DNA from: an uncultured Nitrospira sp.
GTDB taxonomy: Bacteria > Nitrospirota > Nitrospiria > Nitrospirales > Nitrospiraceae
Direction of reading: 5' to 3'
NCBI GenBank assembly: GCA_964430555.1
Contig: CAYSFU010000009.1
Span: 5,646-69,645, forward strand
Length of the DNA: 64,000 bases
The notes beneath the pieces are model-generated. The model was not told the DNA's origin and made no database searches. It saw only the letters and a program-made list of their open reading frames with translations. Made by a program: the position numbers and the translations under genes. Below, in pieces: positions 28,581 through 38,573 of the stretch. Every line of letters begins with the position of its first letter. The first letter of the stretch is position 1.

Positions 28581-30557
28581 CTAGGCTGCCCGCCTTTGTT
28601 CAAGCTGTGTGCATAGGCCAGATCGCTGAGCCTGCGTCGTCAACGCGGCAAGTTTTCTGCTCCAGAGTTCAAGCGTCAGGGCTTTGAATGAAAGCGGAGC
28701 TCCAGCTCCAGCTGGATAGGGACCTTTTGAAAGTGCGTGTGCACTCGAGGGTTTCAGTACGCCAGCGTCAACGAGGAATCCGTCGTCAAGCGTCGCCCCG
28801 TGAGCGGCGAAGATAGCCTGGTGCCATTCTCGCAAGGGAGGAGTAAACCCTCTCTTGGGACGATTCAGCACCCATTCGGGTACCAGGGTGCTCAATGCCT
28901 GACGAAGCCATGCTTTCGGCGGCAAGGTGTGATCAGATGAAGTTTTGCGTAATCCAATAACGGTCTCTACCAGTCGGTAATCGACAAACGGAAGCCGTAG
29001 CTCGACCGAGGAGGCCATACTGAGACGGTCTCCTTGCGCAATGCCATTTTCTTGCAAGTAGGTGTGGCAGATGAGTTGGGTCAATAAGATGTCAATCGCC
29101 GGCCAAGGATGCGGGACTCTAAAGACATCGTATGCTGCCGTCTCGTGCATCTGGTCGAGAAAGGTCTTGGTATAGAGGTCCCCTACTCCCTGGCGGGCCA
29201 GCTGAAAATCTGGTGTCAGGTCGTAGAATACGGCCTGCTCTTGTGGGCTGGACCGGTCGCGCGAATAGGCTTCCCATGAGGCACCTAGACCGACACCTGA
29301 TTTTAGCCATTCCTTTATCCCCCACATCGACCAATAGGCCGGAGGCGTCAGTGCCAGATATTCACGGAGACGGAAGGAACCGGTCATCTGTGTCTTCCAT
29401 TTTCTCGTCGTCTGGGTCACCGCGTCACGCACCCAGGGGTATCCCCAAAAGAGTTCGTCGCCTCCATGACCTTGAAGCATCACGGAGACTCCATGAGCCT
29501 TGGCGGCCTTCATGACTGAGTAGTATCCGAATGCGGAAATATCGGCGATCGGATCGTCGAGCCAATACATCAATTCCGGAAAGAACATCGCGATATCGTC
29601 GGCACACAGCTCGATATCATGAATTGGCATGTTGAGATGTTTGGCAAGAGCCTTGGCGGCGTCTCGTTCATCGAAAGGACTTTCCTCTCGATAGCCGACG
29701 GTGAAGGCATGCATCACGCCGGGATATCGACGAGAGGTCATGGCAGCAATCGCACTTGAGTCGAGTCCCCCACTCAAGGCAATTCCGATGGGAACATCCG
29801 AACGGACGATCAGTGCACTGATCGTCTCCAATTCCTGCCGAATGGCGTCAACAGGATTCTCAGGGCATACCGGAACATCTTCCATGCGCCAGTAGCACCA
29901 CTGCTTCCGTTCCCAACTGATTGCATCAATTGTGAGGATATGAGCTGCCGGTAACTTGTAGATTTCACGGATCGGCGTCATCGGTTCCGGCACATACCCA
30001 TAGTGAAAGTAAAGGTTCACTGTTGTCGGATCCAGCACAAAGGGGACACAGCCGGTTGCCAGAAGTCCTTTGAGCTCGGAGGCAAATGAGATCGCACGTG
30101 GTCCGATGTGGAGATAGAGCGGCTTCTCCCCCATTCGATCACGCGCCAGCATCAACCGTCGCAAACGGGCATCCCATAAGGCGAATGCAAACATGCCTCG
30201 CAGGTGCTTCACGCAATCGAGGCCATAGTGTTCATAGAGATGCACGATCACTTCGCAATCACTGCCGGATTTGAACCGATGCCCCTCGGATCTGAGCTGT
30301 TCACGGAGTTCGACATGATTGTAGATCTCTCCATTGGCGACCAGTGCCAAGGAACCGTCTTCATTGAAGAGCGGTTGCTGTCCTCCGTGAAGATCGATGA
30401 TGCTCAATCGGCGCATGGCCAAGGCGACTGGTCCGTCATGGAAATTGCCTTGTCCGTCAGGCCCTCGATGAGCCATGACGGCACTCATGTCCATGACACG
30501 AGATAGGTGATCTCGTGTCAGTGGTTCTGCGGCGATCATTCCGGCTATTCCACACAT
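28581..30557 (-). CDS. asnB: Asparagine synthase-like glutamine amidotransferase
   Basis: N-terminal MCGIAG (Ntn Cys), HRGPDG, RRLSIID, NGEIYN, LSGGLDSS, GGDELF. Confidence 0.92.
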   Translation of the reverse strand: MCGIAGMIAAEPLTRDHLSRVMDMSAVMAHRGPDGQGNFHDGPVALAMRRLSIIDLHGGQQPLFNEDGSLALVANGEIYNHVELREQLRSEGHRFKSGSDCEVIVHLYEHYGLDCVKHLRGMFAFALWDARLRRLMLARDRMGEKPLYLHIGPRAISFASELKGLLATGCVPFVLDPTTVNLYFHYGYVPEPMTPIREIYKLPAAHILTIDAISWERKQWCYWRMEDVPVCPENPVDAIRQELETISALIVRSDVPIGIALSGGLDSSAIAAMTSRRYPGVMHAFTVGYREESPFDERDAAKALAKHLNMPIHDIELCADDIAMFFPELMYWLDDPIADISAFGYYSVMKAAKAHGVSVMLQGHGGDELFWGYPWVRDAVTQTTRKWKTQMTGSFRLREYLALTPPAYWSMWGIKEWLKSGVGLGASWEAYSRDRSSPQEQAVFYDLTPDFQLARQGVGDLYTKTFLDQMHETAAYDVFRVPHPWPAIDILLTQLICHTYLQENGIAQGDRLSMASSVELRLPFVDYRLVETVIGLRKTSSDHTLPPKAWLRQALSTLVPEWVLNRPKRGFTPPLREWHQAIFAAHGATLDDGFLVDAGVLKPSSAHALSKGPYPAGAGAPLSFKALTLELWSRKLAALTTQAQRSGLCTQLEQRRAA

Positions 30558-30573
30558 GTCCCGGTAGCTGCCT

Positions 30574-31524
30574 TCATTTAGTACGATGAGTGACCTGTTC
30601 GTATGTGCTGCCGAGTGTTTGAAGGTGAACAAAGACTACTTCATAGAGATAGTTCTCGATAAACGGATATCGTCGACGATCTCTCGCCAGGATGCCGAGG
30701 GCTACGCCTCTGGCCAATTCGAGCAACGCACGCGCGGCACGAAGATAAGAGCGAAGTGCATGGATCCGCTCCGTAGCCGTTTCATACAACACGCGTTGCC
30801 AATCTCGTCCGGATATAAACATTTGTTTGGCACACCAAGTCAGCCGCATCTTTTCTGATCGCACAAGATGGAACACTGTGAGTTGCGGCTCGTAATAGAT
30901 CATCTCATGTGGATAGTCATGACGAACTCTTCGTTGAAACACAGTTTCTTCACCATACCCTAATCGTGTGCCTGTCATTCCAATCTCAGTATTGAAACCA
31001 CCGAGTTGTTCCAGAAGAGAACGTCGAATAAAGAGATTCGTGCCGGACAGATATTCGCCTTGGCCAAGCACACGGGCGACCGGTCCACCATCATAGGTTC
31101 CATATTTATCGAAATACCATTTCGGTTTGAGTGAATGATAAAACGGCCGGTACGGTCCTCCAAAGAGTGCGGGGGCAACTCGCTCAATGACGCTCTGGGC
31201 AATCTCAAGCCATTCATGAGGCACCGTGCAGTCGTCATCGATGTAGGCCACGTACAGACCTCGTGCCATTTGAAACCCGGCGTTGCGCCCATGGGAGAGT
31301 CCTTGTCGTGTTTCCACACCATATCGAACGTACGGATACCGGTGACGTATGTCGGCGATGTGTTGACTCGTTCCATCAGTGGAGTTGTTATCAATGACGA
31401 TGATCTCATAGGGTGGCGGTGAGAGAGTCTGTTCACAAAGGCTTTTCAGTGCGGCGGCCATGAGATCGCAACGGTTGTAGGTGCAGAGCACAATGCTCAT
31501 CAGTGGCGACTCAGCTTGCGGCAC
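30574..31524 (-). CDS. GT2 family glycosyltransferase
   Basis: SIVLCTYNR, DNNSTD, GLSHGRNAG, YIDDD, GEE. Confidence 0.92.
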   Translation of the reverse strand: MPQAESPLMSIVLCTYNRCDLMAAALKSLCEQTLSPPPYEIIVIDNNSTDGTSQHIADIRHRYPYVRYGVETRQGLSHGRNAGFQMARGLYVAYIDDDCTVPHEWLEIAQSVIERVAPALFGGPYRPFYHSLKPKWYFDKYGTYDGGPVARVLGQGEYLSGTNLFIRRSLLEQLGGFNTEIGMTGTRLGYGEETVFQRRVRHDYPHEMIYYEPQLTVFHLVRSEKMRLTWCAKQMFISGRDWQRVLYETATERIHALRSYLRAARALLELARGVALGILARDRRRYPFIENYLYEVVFVHLQTLGSTYEQVTHRTK

Positions 31525-32620
31525 GATCCATCCTTATGAATTTTCTGTGGGGATCCTTCCGGACGAGACATTTCACGAGAAACTTCACATGTTGGCGTGG
31601 AGTCCACACTCCGACTGCCAGGCGTGGATCATGCCAAAATGCGAACGCCGTCCGGACTCCTTCCTGAGTTGCCAGCAAACACATCTCACTCCACCGTCGA
31701 CCCAACATAGCCACCAACTCCGTCTCCGGATACACCCTGGCCACATTATTTGCATCTATTAGCTTACCAAACCAGGCTCGAGTCGCCGAGAGAAATGTCG
31801 TTGATGACTCCCATTCCCATCGACTGATGCGGTGATGCAGTTGTGCCTCTTTAAGCCCAGGGCTAAGACCGAGACGGGTAAGCTGACTCAACCGGATAGA
31901 TTGAGACGACTCCTCCATCTTGGATGCACGGCATCGGCCGATTTGTTGTGGATGTATGCGATAGCGAAGTAGGACAGTCGGTATATTCGAAAAATGAGTG
32001 TGCTGAGAGGCTCGCACCCATAGATCGTAGTCTTCCGCGTGGATTGCCCGTTCATCATAGAAGAGATGATGATGAAAAATCAGGCTTCGCCGAAACATGG
32101 TTGCGGGGTGAGCCAACGATGAAGCGAACAATAATTGGCAGCGAATGGTGCCGTCATCGACTGGATACTCCATCACTTCGGAGGATTCAGAGCCAAATGT
32201 TTCAATCCAGGACCCGCAGATTCCGATGTCCTGGTGTCGATCCAAGTACTCGACTTGTGTTGCAAATCGATCCGGCATGCTGACATCGTCGGCATCCATC
32301 CGTGCGATATACTCACCCCTGGCCATCTGGATACTGTGATTCAATGATGCAACAAGCCCTTGTTGTGGTCGGCGATAGACACGTATGCGGGCATCTTCTT
32401 TCAGGAAACACTCAAGAATATGTGGAGTGCGATCCGTTGATCCATCGTCCATGATGATCAGTTCCCAGTCGTCGAATGACTGGGTCAGGATGCTTCGAAT
32501 GGACTCGCGAAGATAGGCTTCTCCATTACGTACGGCTAACACGCAGCTGATTCGAGGGGTGTCGCGCACGTGAGACTTATCTGAGCGCAGCCTTCGAAGT
32601 GGGTCACCGTACTGATACAT
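31511..32620 (-). CDS. GT2 family glycosyltransferase
   Basis: DDGSTD, ARMDADD, AEDYDLW. Confidence 0.92.
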   Translation of the reverse strand: MYQYGDPLRRLRSDKSHVRDTPRISCVLAVRNGEAYLRESIRSILTQSFDDWELIIMDDGSTDRTPHILECFLKEDARIRVYRRPQQGLVASLNHSIQMARGEYIARMDADDVSMPDRFATQVEYLDRHQDIGICGSWIETFGSESSEVMEYPVDDGTIRCQLLFASSLAHPATMFRRSLIFHHHLFYDERAIHAEDYDLWVRASQHTHFSNIPTVLLRYRIHPQQIGRCRASKMEESSQSIRLSQLTRLGLSPGLKEAQLHHRISRWEWESSTTFLSATRAWFGKLIDANNVARVYPETELVAMLGRRWSEMCLLATQEGVRTAFAFWHDPRLAVGVWTPRQHVKFLVKCLVRKDPHRKFIRMDRAAS

Positions 32621-33416
32621 ACCAGTCGTCTTGTTTCGATAGGTGTTTCAATATTCGCTCATATCCCTTCCGGGAAAGTAAGTCGTAAATTTTGTCACGG
32701 GCTGGCGTAAAGTTGTGCTCACACGTGATGATATGAAACCGATGTCGTTGAAAATCAAAGTTGTTCAATATGTCAAATTCACTTCCCTCGGTATCAATGG
32801 ACAGATAATCAATGAGTGGTGGAGCATTGTGCTTGATGAGTAAATCCTGTAGTGAAATGGTCGGGATGTCGTACTGTCTCCCCTGTGCGCGCATGTTTCT
32901 ATGAAGGTCTTCTCCACGATAGAGGTCGATCGTAGAAAGGTCAGCGGCATCGGTTTCATAAAATGAAAGGGTTTGGTTCGACTCTTTCCAGACGCATTGG
33001 GTCTCAATCGCGACCGTTCGACTCCTCCTGAGCGTGTCGTGCCAGCAGAAGGCCGGTTCAGCTAAAATGCCTGTCCAGCCGAATTCCTTCTCCAAGAGAT
33101 ACGTGTTGGAATGATCGATGCCATTGGTCGCCCCAAATTCAACAAAAAATCCGTCTCGTTTAAAATGGAGTTGTGACAGAACGAACAGATCCTGTCTGTT
33201 CTGGGCTGTGGACTGTGGTAAGTGCTTGACAATTTCAAGGATGTGTTCAGGGGGAGCATTGATCAAGAGCTCGATATCAGTATCGCTGGTTGCATTCAAG
33301 CGCTGTTTCAATGCTTCAAGGCGACTGTGCCGGGTAAGGACGATATCAAATCGTCTGAGAACCGCATTCAGTCGCGTCGCCATAGTCGCTAGATACACGC
33401 TCACGTTACGCCTCAT
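32604..33416 (-). CDS. FkbM-family methyltransferase
   Basis: QNRQD, FVEFGATNG, WTGILAEP, YLSIDTEGSE. Confidence 0.88.
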   Translation of the reverse strand: MRRNVSVYLATMATRLNAVLRRFDIVLTRHSRLEALKQRLNATSDTDIELLINAPPEHILEIVKHLPQSTAQNRQDLFVLSQLHFKRDGFFVEFGATNGIDHSNTYLLEKEFGWTGILAEPAFCWHDTLRRSRTVAIETQCVWKESNQTLSFYETDAADLSTIDLYRGEDLHRNMRAQGRQYDIPTISLQDLLIKHNAPPLIDYLSIDTEGSEFDILNNFDFQRHRFHIITCEHNFTPARDKIYDLLSRKGYERILKHLSKQDDWYVSVR

Positions 33417-33422
33417 AGCCCG

Positions 33423-34280
33423 TTATAAAGAGGTGATCCGTTCAAAAAATGTAATGAGAGTCTCTCGATTCAGGTGGTGCGATTTGGGAGTGGTGAAATG
33501 AGGTTGCTTCAACACGTTAAAGTACAAATCATCATTTCGATCGACTTCCTTGATGTATTCGATGAGCTGAGTGACGTTCGAGAACTCATAGGCATTGATG
33601 AACGCGCTCGTATTCCAGTCTTTGTGAACATCGGGATTGCCCCAGTAGATTGGAATGCTGTCGACCAACTTGGGATGGACTAGTTTTTCTGTGGTGTAAC
33701 CGGGATATTCGCTATTCTCAAATGCAATGGTGAATTTATATTGGCCCAAGAACCGCATTTTGTCGTCAACATAATAGCCGAGATTGTTCAGTGCTCGACC
33801 TCCGGAGTCGATCTGTTTGTACTTCGAGAGCTTCTTGAATAATGTATTTCTTTCGTGAGCATTTGGGTTAGAGAAAAGGAAATTGCAAAATTTTGTCTTT
33901 TCACGTCTTACTTGCTCACAATCGATGCGTTTATCAAAGCCATCCAAAATGCCCCATTCGTAGAGAGTAATGGCCGATAGCGGAAACCGTAGATGGCGAT
34001 CGTCGTTGAGATAGTCGAAGGTGATCGCGTACTGACATTCACGGAAGTTCGGTCTGACATTTTCGCCCGTGTAAAAAACTTTGGCGCATGTATAGCGTTT
34101 GTGATCGGTTCCAAAGACGCTATAGATCAGCAATTCGGGGGAGTCTGAGATTTCGATCTCGAAATGTTCTGAGAGAATTTTATAGAACACATTGTCGAAA
34201 TGAGATTTACCTGTTGGGTCACATTCAAAACCATCCCAGAAATCCGTGAAAGCCAGACGCAACCGTCGTTTCATCGACAT
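33423..34280 (-). CDS. GT10 alpha-1,3/1,4-fucosyltransferase-like protein
   Basis: FYTGEN.RPNF, KFCNFLFSNP, YKFTIAFENS.YPGYTTEK..PIYWG fucosyltransferase motif. Confidence 0.88.
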   Translation of the reverse strand: MSMKRRLRLAFTDFWDGFECDPTGKSHFDNVFYKILSEHFEIEISDSPELLIYSVFGTDHKRYTCAKVFYTGENVRPNFRECQYAITFDYLNDDRHLRFPLSAITLYEWGILDGFDKRIDCEQVRREKTKFCNFLFSNPNAHERNTLFKKLSKYKQIDSGGRALNNLGYYVDDKMRFLGQYKFTIAFENSEYPGYTTEKLVHPKLVDSIPIYWGNPDVHKDWNTSAFINAYEFSNVTQLIEYIKEVDRNDDLYFNVLKQPHFTTPKSHHLNRETLITFFERITSL

Positions 34281-34330
34281 GTCATGTCCTCATCATGGGA
34301 TATTGATAGAGGCATTGAGCCACCCTCTTC

Positions 34331-35518
34331 TCATTTCACCTCTTGAGTCCGCCCAACGACCATAGGCCGGTTGCCCTGGATTTGGGTGATAGGCTCGATC
34401 AGCCCGATTTGTGTAAATATATCGTTGAATCGCTGTTGGTAGGTGTGATTGCTCAGCGTTCGCTGGTATCCAGCCTCAGCAATGGCTGTCCGCTCATCTT
34501 CATGCGTCAAATAGTAACGAATCTTCTCAATCATCTCTTCGGTGGAGTGGAAATTGACAACTTCCTTGCCGAGTTCATAGTAGTCTTCAAGATGTGCCGC
34601 ATGCTGTGTCAAAAGAAACCCACCAGTTCCAGGGACCTCGAAATTACGTCCCTTGATTTGTTCGGTGCTATGTTCGGCTGATGCAGATACTGCAGGTTGA
34701 TCGGATACGGATATCGGACGATGGTCGGTTGCCCTGGTATTCGCGAAAAGAATGCGATCGAGCAGCTTTTGAAAAGGACGTCGCTTGCGTGAAGCAACTG
34801 CTGTCTCATCATCGGAGTTCGAGCCGTAGGCTGCTGTTAGATTGAGATTGATACGGCTTGTGTTGAAGATCTGGATCATCTCATCCTGAGAGACCCTTCC
34901 GGAGTCCCACCCCTGTCCCCAGGTCCTGACGTGAATACCCGTCTCCCTTAACTGCTCGATTATCTTTCGGCGATCCCCATAAGGCTGCCCGATAAAGGTC
35001 ACATCATATTCATGAGGAAGGTTCATGCGACGATACGAGAAGGAGTTGCAAGCCCACTGGCTCTTGATGACATTGTAGTACCCAATCTTGGCATACTTCG
35101 AAAGAGCACTTTCTGCTGTTGTCACAACCCATCGGAAGCACGGCGCCCACAGCCGGGAGTACCGTTCGAATCGCCAATGATCGTCACAAAACCAGTTGAT
35201 GGTCATAATCCCGAGGTCTTCCGTCACGGTACGTAGGACCGACACATCAAATTCGTCGGTGAAGAGCACGCTGAACATCAGATCCGGTTTCTCGCTCTTG
35301 GCCACTTCTATCAACCTATCATTCATCCTGGTCCGGCCATGTTCTTGCATCAAGGTCATAAAATCGAAGTACACGATGTCATGCCCCATCTGGAGCAGGC
35401 AGTCATAAAAATTGTAGTGTTCGAAGCTTAGTCCCTGGTTGCGGCGGCCATAGTCGTATTTCATCGCAACGTATAAAATGCGCATATCGGTCCTGTTAAA
35501 CTCTTGGAGATGCTTCAC
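34331..35518 (-). CDS. CgeB-like glycosyltransferase (Glyco_trans_1_2)
   Basis: WFCDDHWRF, VTFIGQ, SRINLN, KGRNFEVPGTGGFLL, HTYQQRF; start may be at MRILYV. Confidence 0.85.
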   Translation of the reverse strand: MKHLQEFNRTDMRILYVAMKYDYGRRNQGLSFEHYNFYDCLLQMGHDIVYFDFMTLMQEHGRTRMNDRLIEVAKSEKPDLMFSVLFTDEFDVSVLRTVTEDLGIMTINWFCDDHWRFERYSRLWAPCFRWVVTTAESALSKYAKIGYYNVIKSQWACNSFSYRRMNLPHEYDVTFIGQPYGDRRKIIEQLRETGIHVRTWGQGWDSGRVSQDEMIQIFNTSRINLNLTAAYGSNSDDETAVASRKRRPFQKLLDRILFANTRATDHRPISVSDQPAVSASAEHSTEQIKGRNFEVPGTGGFLLTQHAAHLEDYYELGKEVVNFHSTEEMIEKIRYYLTHEDERTAIAEAGYQRTLSNHTYQQRFNDIFTQIGLIEPITQIQGNRPMVVGRTQEVK

Positions 35519-36887
35519 CTACAACGGTTGGAGCAGTGCAGATCTGGTGAAGCACGTTTTCATACTGCTGAGCAATGCGCTCCCAGGTGAATTGAGCAGC
35601 CCAACTCTGTTTCCCATTTCGTCCAAGCTCACGTCTTTCCTCTTCCGTGTTCATGAGTCGAACCCATCGCTCAGCGAAACGCGTGATGTCAATGTGGGTA
35701 TATCCTTTGGCATCGATCAAGGAGGGGCCAATAATGCCGGCTCCGGTCCATTCTGCAATTTCAGACGCATTGCCTACTTGAGCGGAGAGAAACGCGGTTC
35801 CGGCCGCCGCTGACTCAAAGAGAACCAGAGGGGAATACTCGATATGTGAGGCCAAGACAAAGAGATCGGCATTCATGTAGGCTTGGATAAGCTCCGGCCG
35901 TGGCATATCCAGGACCACGACTCGCTTCTTCGTCCCTGGCTGATTGAGTTCTTCCAAGAGAGACTGCATCTCTTCTTGAAAAGAGAGAGGAGTACGTTCT
36001 GCGTTATTGCCGGAAATGAGGTTGACGAGTGCTTTGTATATCTGGGATACAACCACGTTGCCTGTTGTTCCTTTCCGACGAGTTTCACTGGTGGCTATTG
36101 TCTGAGGGACAACCCTCGTTCTTGATAAAACCGGTGAAGCCTTGGGCCTGACCTCGCTCGCTTCGGCAATGTAAGTGTTGGCGTTGAGAAGCAATACGGA
36201 GGAGTGCCCATCAAAATTGCAGTCTAGATAGGATTTCAATAAGTCGGCATGTCCCTTGTCTCTAGTAAAGGCACCCACGGTGAGGAAGAGCCATTCCTGA
36301 TCAGAGATCCCCCACCGCTTTCGAAACGCCGTGTCTTTTTCGATAGTAAACTCAGTTTCACTTGCCCCGTTTGGAATGATGGAGAACCGTTTCAATCCAC
36401 ATTTTTTTGCGAAGCAGATGTCTCGATAATCAGATGCATGGAAGATCAGATGGTCGAATTGACCTAAGACGCCCGGCATCTGCCGGTAATAGGTCGCGTA
36501 GGATGGCTCGTAGAAGCACGAAAATCCACAAGGGATGAGAACTTTGCGGGAAGGGATCTCAGACAGGATAGGAATCAAGGCATCAAGAGTCCACTGTTGT
36601 GCCATATTGATCAGGACGACATCAAACTTGCCCGTCGCAACAAACCGCTGATAATGTGCCACGTCTCCATCCATTCCCTTTACACAGTTACCGGACACAT
36701 CAAACTCCACTATCCGTACTCGATTGAGTTCCGTGAATGTGCGGGCCGGAAGGCACGAGGTGACGACTGTGACATCGTGTCCGTGGGATACGAGCCGCTC
36801 AGCGACCTGTCGCATGACTTCTTGAATGCCACCGACGCTGGGTGCATAAAATTCGCAGCAGAACAGTATATTCACAATATCAACCAC
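35496..36887 (-). CDS. GT4 family glycosyltransferase
   Basis: YAPSVGG, IIPNG, DKG, EYSPLVLFESAAAG. Confidence 0.88.
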   Translation of the reverse strand: MVDIVNILFCCEFYAPSVGGIQEVMRQVAERLVSHGHDVTVVTSCLPARTFTELNRVRIVEFDVSGNCVKGMDGDVAHYQRFVATGKFDVVLINMAQQWTLDALIPILSEIPSRKVLIPCGFSCFYEPSYATYYRQMPGVLGQFDHLIFHASDYRDICFAKKCGLKRFSIIPNGASETEFTIEKDTAFRKRWGISDQEWLFLTVGAFTRDKGHADLLKSYLDCNFDGHSSVLLLNANTYIAEASEVRPKASPVLSRTRVVPQTIATSETRRKGTTGNVVVSQIYKALVNLISGNNAERTPLSFQEEMQSLLEELNQPGTKKRVVVLDMPRPELIQAYMNADLFVLASHIEYSPLVLFESAAAGTAFLSAQVGNASEIAEWTGAGIIGPSLIDAKGYTHIDITRFAERWVRLMNTEEERRELGRNGKQSWAAQFTWERIAQQYENVLHQICTAPTVVGEASPRV

Positions 36888-36956
36888 CTAAGCATCAGGA
36901 TATTCCTGTCAGCGCGTGCGTAGGATTGGCCATTGCAATCGACGAGTGTTGCTGTA

Positions 36957-38573
36957 CTAGGCAGCATGTGTCCGAACGTCAGGGTTTGCGAGCTGCTCCA
37001 TCCATGTTTCCAGCATCCGCATTTCTGTCGGTGACTCATCCACCAGACTCAACCTCAAGATAGTTCTCGCATGGTCGATCTGTTCTGCTTTTGAGACAAC
37101 AGGACTCTTCTTTGTGCTCGTGACGGTCATGTTGTAGATTCCTTGCCATTCTCCAGTCGTGAATTCTAGATTCCGATACCCCAAGGTGGTGAGGACATGG
37201 GTAAACCGCTCACGATACCAACCATCGTAATGGACTGCCCAACTGGTTTCATGTGATCCAAACAAGTGTCGCACAATCTTCAACTGATCATTGAGATTGG
37301 TGTTGTTAAGATACGCCTGCACGCAACGACGAAAATCAGGGGTCTCGATAATGAGTCGCCCCCCTTCCTTGAGCCAGTCATACCAGTCAATCAACAGCCG
37401 CAAGGCGACCGGTCTCTCAAAATGCTCAAAGACATGGTGCAACCGAATTTCATCTATTGTTCCTGAAGGATAGTGAAGCTGAGTGATGTCAAAAAAGATG
37501 TCGGCCTTCGAGTGCTGTTGAACAGAGTGTCGACTGGGAGGAAAATCCACATTGATGTACCCAGGTAAATAGACCTCGCCACATCCAAGATGAAGTTTGA
37601 GCGGTTTGCTGGGACAAGATGCTGCCTGTGGGGCGGTTGAACGTCCGTTCGTGCCGATAAAGAGCCGCTGTCTCTTCGTACGAATCCTTCTCAACGCAGC
37701 CTGTCCTATTTCCAATGGGTCATGCGCACACAGTGCCGTGACATGGGGAACGGTGGCCAGATATTGATGGTCCGACAGCAGTGCCTTCGCACAGGCCTTT
37801 CGACACATCGTCTCCTGGCGTCTTAGTGTAGTTTTCAGTACTTTCTGAATATTGTTCTTGCTGTGGAGGAAGCGTCGCAGTCGGTGTAGAACGGTCAGCC
37901 GTGATTGCCAGTGTTGAGCTGTGGAAATCGTCCCACGAATACTGGCGGAGGGGATATCGCGGTAGACAGCAAGAAGAGCCCCCAGGTACGCAATTTCCGA
38001 CTGAGCGGCCATTCTCAGCCAAAGGTCGTAATCCTCAACCGCCTGTAGCGTTCGGTCTTCGCAAAATAAGCCGACCCGTTCAAGTGCAGCGCGTCGGACC
38101 ATTGCCGTTGATGTGACGATAAAATTGTCTTCAAGTAATTCGGATAAAACCTGCCCGCTATGCCCCTGATCATTCCGCAAGTAGGGTTGGCTTGGTTTTT
38201 TTTCATGCTGGCGGACAACAAAGGCGTTGGAACAGACCAATCCTACCGTGGGCTGTCTCTGAAACACCGTGACTTGTTGAGAGAGCTTTTCCGGAAGCCA
38301 CTGATCATCGGAGTCCAGAAACGCAATGAACTCTCCTTTCGCGAGTCTGATACCAGTGTTTCGTGCGACGGCGGGCAATCCCGAATGCTCAACCTTCACA
38401 TACTGAATCTCTGGAAACTGACTGGGAAATAAGGTCGGCGTGTCATCTGTTGAGCCGTCGTCAACCACGATGATTTCAACGTCGCCATGAGTCTGATTCA
38501 ACACGGAATCCACTGCTCGACATAGGAAGGGAAACCGATTAAATGTTGGGATGATGACGCTTATGCACGCCAT
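36957..38573 (-). CDS. GT2 glycosyltransferase fused to C-terminal SAM methyltransferase
   Basis: N: SVIIPTFNR, DDGSTD, FLDSDD, EDYDLW; C: KLHLGCG, HHVFEHF, LKEGGRLIIETPDF; start 38573 or 38603. Confidence 0.88.
   Translation of the reverse strand: MACISVIIPTFNRFPFLCRAVDSVLNQTHGDVEIIVVDDGSTDDTPTLFPSQFPEIQYVKVEHSGLPAVARNTGIRLAKGEFIAFLDSDDQWLPEKLSQQVTVFQRQPTVGLVCSNAFVVRQHEKKPSQPYLRNDQGHSGQVLSELLEDNFIVTSTAMVRRAALERVGLFCEDRTLQAVEDYDLWLRMAAQSEIAYLGALLAVYRDIPSASIRGTISTAQHWQSRLTVLHRLRRFLHSKNNIQKVLKTTLRRQETMCRKACAKALLSDHQYLATVPHVTALCAHDPLEIGQAALRRIRTKRQRLFIGTNGRSTAPQAASCPSKPLKLHLGCGEVYLPGYINVDFPPSRHSVQQHSKADIFFDITQLHYPSGTIDEIRLHHVFEHFERPVALRLLIDWYDWLKEGGRLIIETPDFRRCVQAYLNNTNLNDQLKIVRHLFGSHETSWAVHYDGWYRERFTHVLTTLGYRNLEFTTGEWQGIYNMTVTSTKKSPVVSKAEQIDHARTILRLSLVDESPTEMRMLETWMEQLANPDVRTHAA

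Noticed and set aside
38196..38203. A8 tract in the GT2-methyltransferase gene as a phase-variation site
   Set aside because: Similar A/T 7-8 runs occur in housekeeping genes here (e.g. ~54220, ~61520), so it is not distinctive
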